From assembly GCA_038087875.1 (NCBI GenBank), contig CM075989.1, positions 3,844,001 to 3,908,000 of the forward strand: a stretch of 64,000 nt of DNA, given 5' to 3'. Position numbers and translations under genes: made by a program. Below the pieces are notes generated by a model. The model saw only the letters and a list, made by a program, of their open reading frames with translations. It had not been told where the DNA came from and made no database searches. Shown one piece after another: positions 60,602 through 64,000 of the stretch. Source of the DNA: Malacoraja senta (taxonomy: Eukaryota). Within the stretch, counting starts at the first letter, position 1. Every line of letters begins with the position of its first letter.

Positions 60602-61570
60602 CTATAAAACAGAACTTAAAATGGAATTGGCAAATACCCCCGGTTTGGTAATGGGTTTATTATAAAACGTTTGGAAAGTTTGTTCGTTTGACCATCCTGC
60701 AGCCGCTAGGATGTGGTCCAGTGGAACGTCCATTACCCTCGCTGCTGACGTTGTTGCAGCCCTGGTGGAGTGAGATTTGAAAACGTCAGTGTCCACTCCT
60801 GCACAAGCCAGAACCTGTTTTAACCACCTGGAGATGGTCTGTACTGATACCTTCTTATGAGTTTTTTTGTAACTAACGAACATAGTTAATTCATAGCCTC
60901 TGAGGCTCTTGGTGACCTTGATGTACTGTTGTAAATGTGTAACCACACACAACCGAAGGTCCATGGGATATGCCATTAAAACTAGTTTGAGCCCTGACAC
61001 CCCTGGTCTGCTCTGCTTGATTAAATCATAAACATAAAATGTTATATTATTTGCAGATGTAACGATCCTGTCCAGTCGCAGCTTATGCAATGACTGGACC
61101 GTTGCACTGAAACCAGCGCCATGAGCATGACCACTTTGTAAGTGAGTTTGGGCAAGGACAGGGATGTAGCTGGAGCCCACCGGCGAAGCAGCATCAGCAC
61201 CACGCTCACATCCCATATCTCCGAGTACCTGGGCCTGGGGGGATTTGAGTTGAAGATACCCTTCATGAACCTGGATATCAAAGGGTGAGACCCGACAGAG
61301 TGGTGTCCCGATCCCAGCAATAAGTATGACGATAAGGCACTTCTGTCACTATTTATGGCACTATAACTCAGTCTCTCATCAAAATATAGTGTTGAGAGGA
61401 AGTCCAACACATCCGTTTTACGTGCCGTGTCATACGATATGTTGGACTGTAAACACAACACCTCCCATTTCTTGATATGAGAGATGTACTGTTTCTTGGT
61501 ACTATCCCTCCAGGCCGCAGTGATCACGTCCACCGTACTATCTGACAGTCCGAGCCCCAGGAACGGTCTC
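60602..61570 (-). pseudogene. DIRS tyrosine recombinase, one frameshift near 61100
   Basis: N-terminal domain STKKQY...SAINS.RSALS; catalytic residues in VQR, KQSR, HSTR, AGW and FY. Confidence 0.88.
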
Positions 61571-61571
61571 C

Positions 61572-63440
61572 TCAGAATCTGCAAACTAGCAAATTGATTC
61601 GGTCATGTAGTGGATGGTTCTCCCCAGTCACAGGGTGAACCAGCAGATTTCTGCATTTGGGGACAGCCATAAAAGGCTGTGTTATCATTCCCAGAATGAG
61701 TGGGAACCATGGCTGTGTAGGCCAGTCAGGCACTACCAAAACGCCTGAGGCGGAGTCTTGCTGGATCTTAAGCAAGCACCGATTGATGAGGCAAAATGGG
61801 GGGAATGCATAAAAATCCATTCCACCCCAGTGTAGTGAGAATGCATCTACCGCCACTGCCCCTGGGTCTGGTTCCCATGCAACATACTTTGGTAACTGGT
61901 GATTGAGTCTGGATGCAAACAAATCGATAACACTTCATGATTCAACATCCATTCTGTGTTTTCATTGAATTTCCGTGACCTGGTGTCCGCCACCATGTTG
62001 AATCTACCTGGTAAGTAGATAGCTGAAACCCAAATGTTTCTTGTAATACACCAGTGCCAAATAAGGTTAGCCAATTTATCACAGGATACTGACTTGATTC
62101 CACCCATGTGATTAATGTATGCCACCGCTGTAGTGTTGTCAATCTGAAGTTGAACATGCAAATTATGCATATTGTCACAATAAGCCTTCAGCCCATAGAG
62201 TGCTCCCAGCAATTCTAAGTAGTTAATACCATGTGACTGAAGAATTGATGACTCATGCACATTCCATCTGCCACTGCAGCTAGATATGGTATTAGTAGCT
62301 CCCCATCCTAGAGCACTAGCATCAGTTTGTAATATAACTGAAGGTTTATCGACTGGAGCAATGCCGAATATTTGTCATCCACCATTGTACTCAGCAATGG
62401 CTTCAGCTGGCAACCGCATGGGTCTACTGAAGTGACCTGCATGGAATTTGAGTGCCTGCTCCTTTGCATATTGTAAATTTTGATAATGCAAAGGCCCAAA
62501 CTGTGCAGCTGGAAAAGCAGTCACTAATTTGCCAATTATACTAGCTACATGTCGAATAGAAGGTTGCTCCTTAACAATGAGATTGTTACAGGCTTCTATT
62601 AATTCTAATCTCTTGCCCCAAGGCAGAGTCACCGACATGTGAAACGAGTTAATGGTAAAACCAAAATAATCAATAACTCTAGATGGTATCAACTTGGATT
62701 TAACTGGATGACTGAGAAACCCCAATCTCTCAAACATGAGTTTACTAGCTGAAACAGATAATTTAGCTAATTTCAGTTTCCCCTATGATTAGGATATCAT
62801 CCAAGTAAGCCATCACAATATGATTCTGAGCCTGGAGTAGCCCCAGCACCGGTTTCAATAATTTTGTAAATAATCTGGGGGCTGAAGTTAACCCATTAGG
62901 CAATGCTTTAAACTGCCACAGTTGCCCCATCCAGCTAAACTTCAAATATCTCCAGTGATCCCAGTGAATGGGTACTGAATAGATCGATAGATCTTTGAGA
63001 TCGATGCATGCCATATAACATCGTTTGGAAACCAGTTGTTTGGCAGTAACAAAGTTTTCCATTTTGAAATGTTTATACTGCACAAAGGAGTTAAGTCGAG
63101 TCAAATCAAGGATGATTCGGCATCCTCCATCCTTCTTTTGCCTTGTAAATATATTAGACACAAATTGGTGAGGTTCATGACACGACTTCTCAATTACCCC
63201 TTGTACATCCAAACATTCCTGTTGTGAAAGAACAAATGTCCAGTTTGGTGTATGCTGTGTGGGTGGAAATGAATTGGGAAGGAATTCGATTTGGAACCCT
63301 TGTATACTGTGCAGTATAAACGGATCTGATGTTATCCAACGCCATTCATTCAAAAACAAGTGCAATCTCCCACCAACTTGTAGCTGATCCATACACCCTA
63401 TGTTCCGGAAAGAACCAGACCCACCTACCTCCATGGTTAC
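61572..63440 (-). pseudogene. DIRS RT - RNase H - N6-adenine methyltransferase-like ORF, frameshifted
   Basis: VGGRL, CRIILDL, IDLKD, LPNGLTSAPRLFTK, YLDD; INYLEL, DNTTAVAYIN; FASRLNHQ...DAF...YAFPPF. Confidence 0.9.
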
Positions 63441-64000
63441 CGGTGGATGAATGTTTTTTATTTCCGCCCCCGAGGTTTGGGGGGTAGGACTGATGGAGTG
63501 CGCCAACCGCGCATCTTTGACGAGAGCCGGCTTGGGCCTTGGCCTAAAAAAGAGCTCTACCCAGAGTGTTCGGCCTTCGAGCTGCCACCAGTTTCAGCGA
63601 ACCGTTTGTTGTTGAAGGGAGCGTAAGGGTGCTGCCACCGGAATGATGAAGCTTTGGTAGTTGATGGGACTTTCATTAGCCCAACCGCTTTCGCTTCGTC
63701 GTCCTGCTCCCTGACCTGCTTCGGCAGATCTTCTCCGAACAAAAAATTCGGCGGTTGTACGTTGCTGGCCTTGCACAGTCCCGCGAATTTGGGGTTCTGG
63801 GTAGGTCGGATGGCATTTTTGCGTAAACAGTTGATTTCAAAATGTGCATTTAGGATTTTCTGGAGCTTCACCTCCTGGGCTCTGATGCCCCCTCCGATGT
63901 AACCCCAGATGGAGTTGTTAACAGCCGGCATGTTTAACGAAGCACAATGGTGGGCAAATTAATGGAAAGGATACTTAGAGATAATATATATAAGCATCTG

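Larger units (their letters stand above)
60109..64000 (-). mobile_element. Second DIRS1-type retrotransposon (left end beyond the window)
   Basis: Right terminus 60109-60214, ICR 60313-60411, then YR, MT, RNase H, RT (AYLDD) and gag-like ORF pieces. Confidence 0.93.

Noticed and set aside
60602..63506. Prophage or bacterial integrase/methylase contamination
   Set aside because: YR and MT domains belong to a DIRS element with RT, ITR and ICR in vertebrate repeat context

Overview
Vertebrate genomic DNA, most likely a cartilaginous fish (skate/ray-like; inferred from the HE1/V-type SINE, CR1 and Penelope repeat content). The core is a tandem array of five minus-strand UDP-glucuronosyltransferase genes, each with one coding exon and UGT5-family hallmarks. 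Four are intact and one carries a 1-bp frameshift. They sit in duplicated spacer units packed with transposons: two L1 pieces, several CR1s, L2 and Rex1 fragments, many tRNA-derived V-SINEs, an ERV remnant (LTR, env, integrase), two DIRS1-type tyrosine-recombinase retrotransposons, a Harbinger-like MITE, and many ~100-bp Penelope-derived inserts carrying a minimal hammerhead-ribozyme core. Because the spacers are duplicated, the window holds empty paralogous sites for many insertions, so their junctions can be read directly. All alignments were done by eye.
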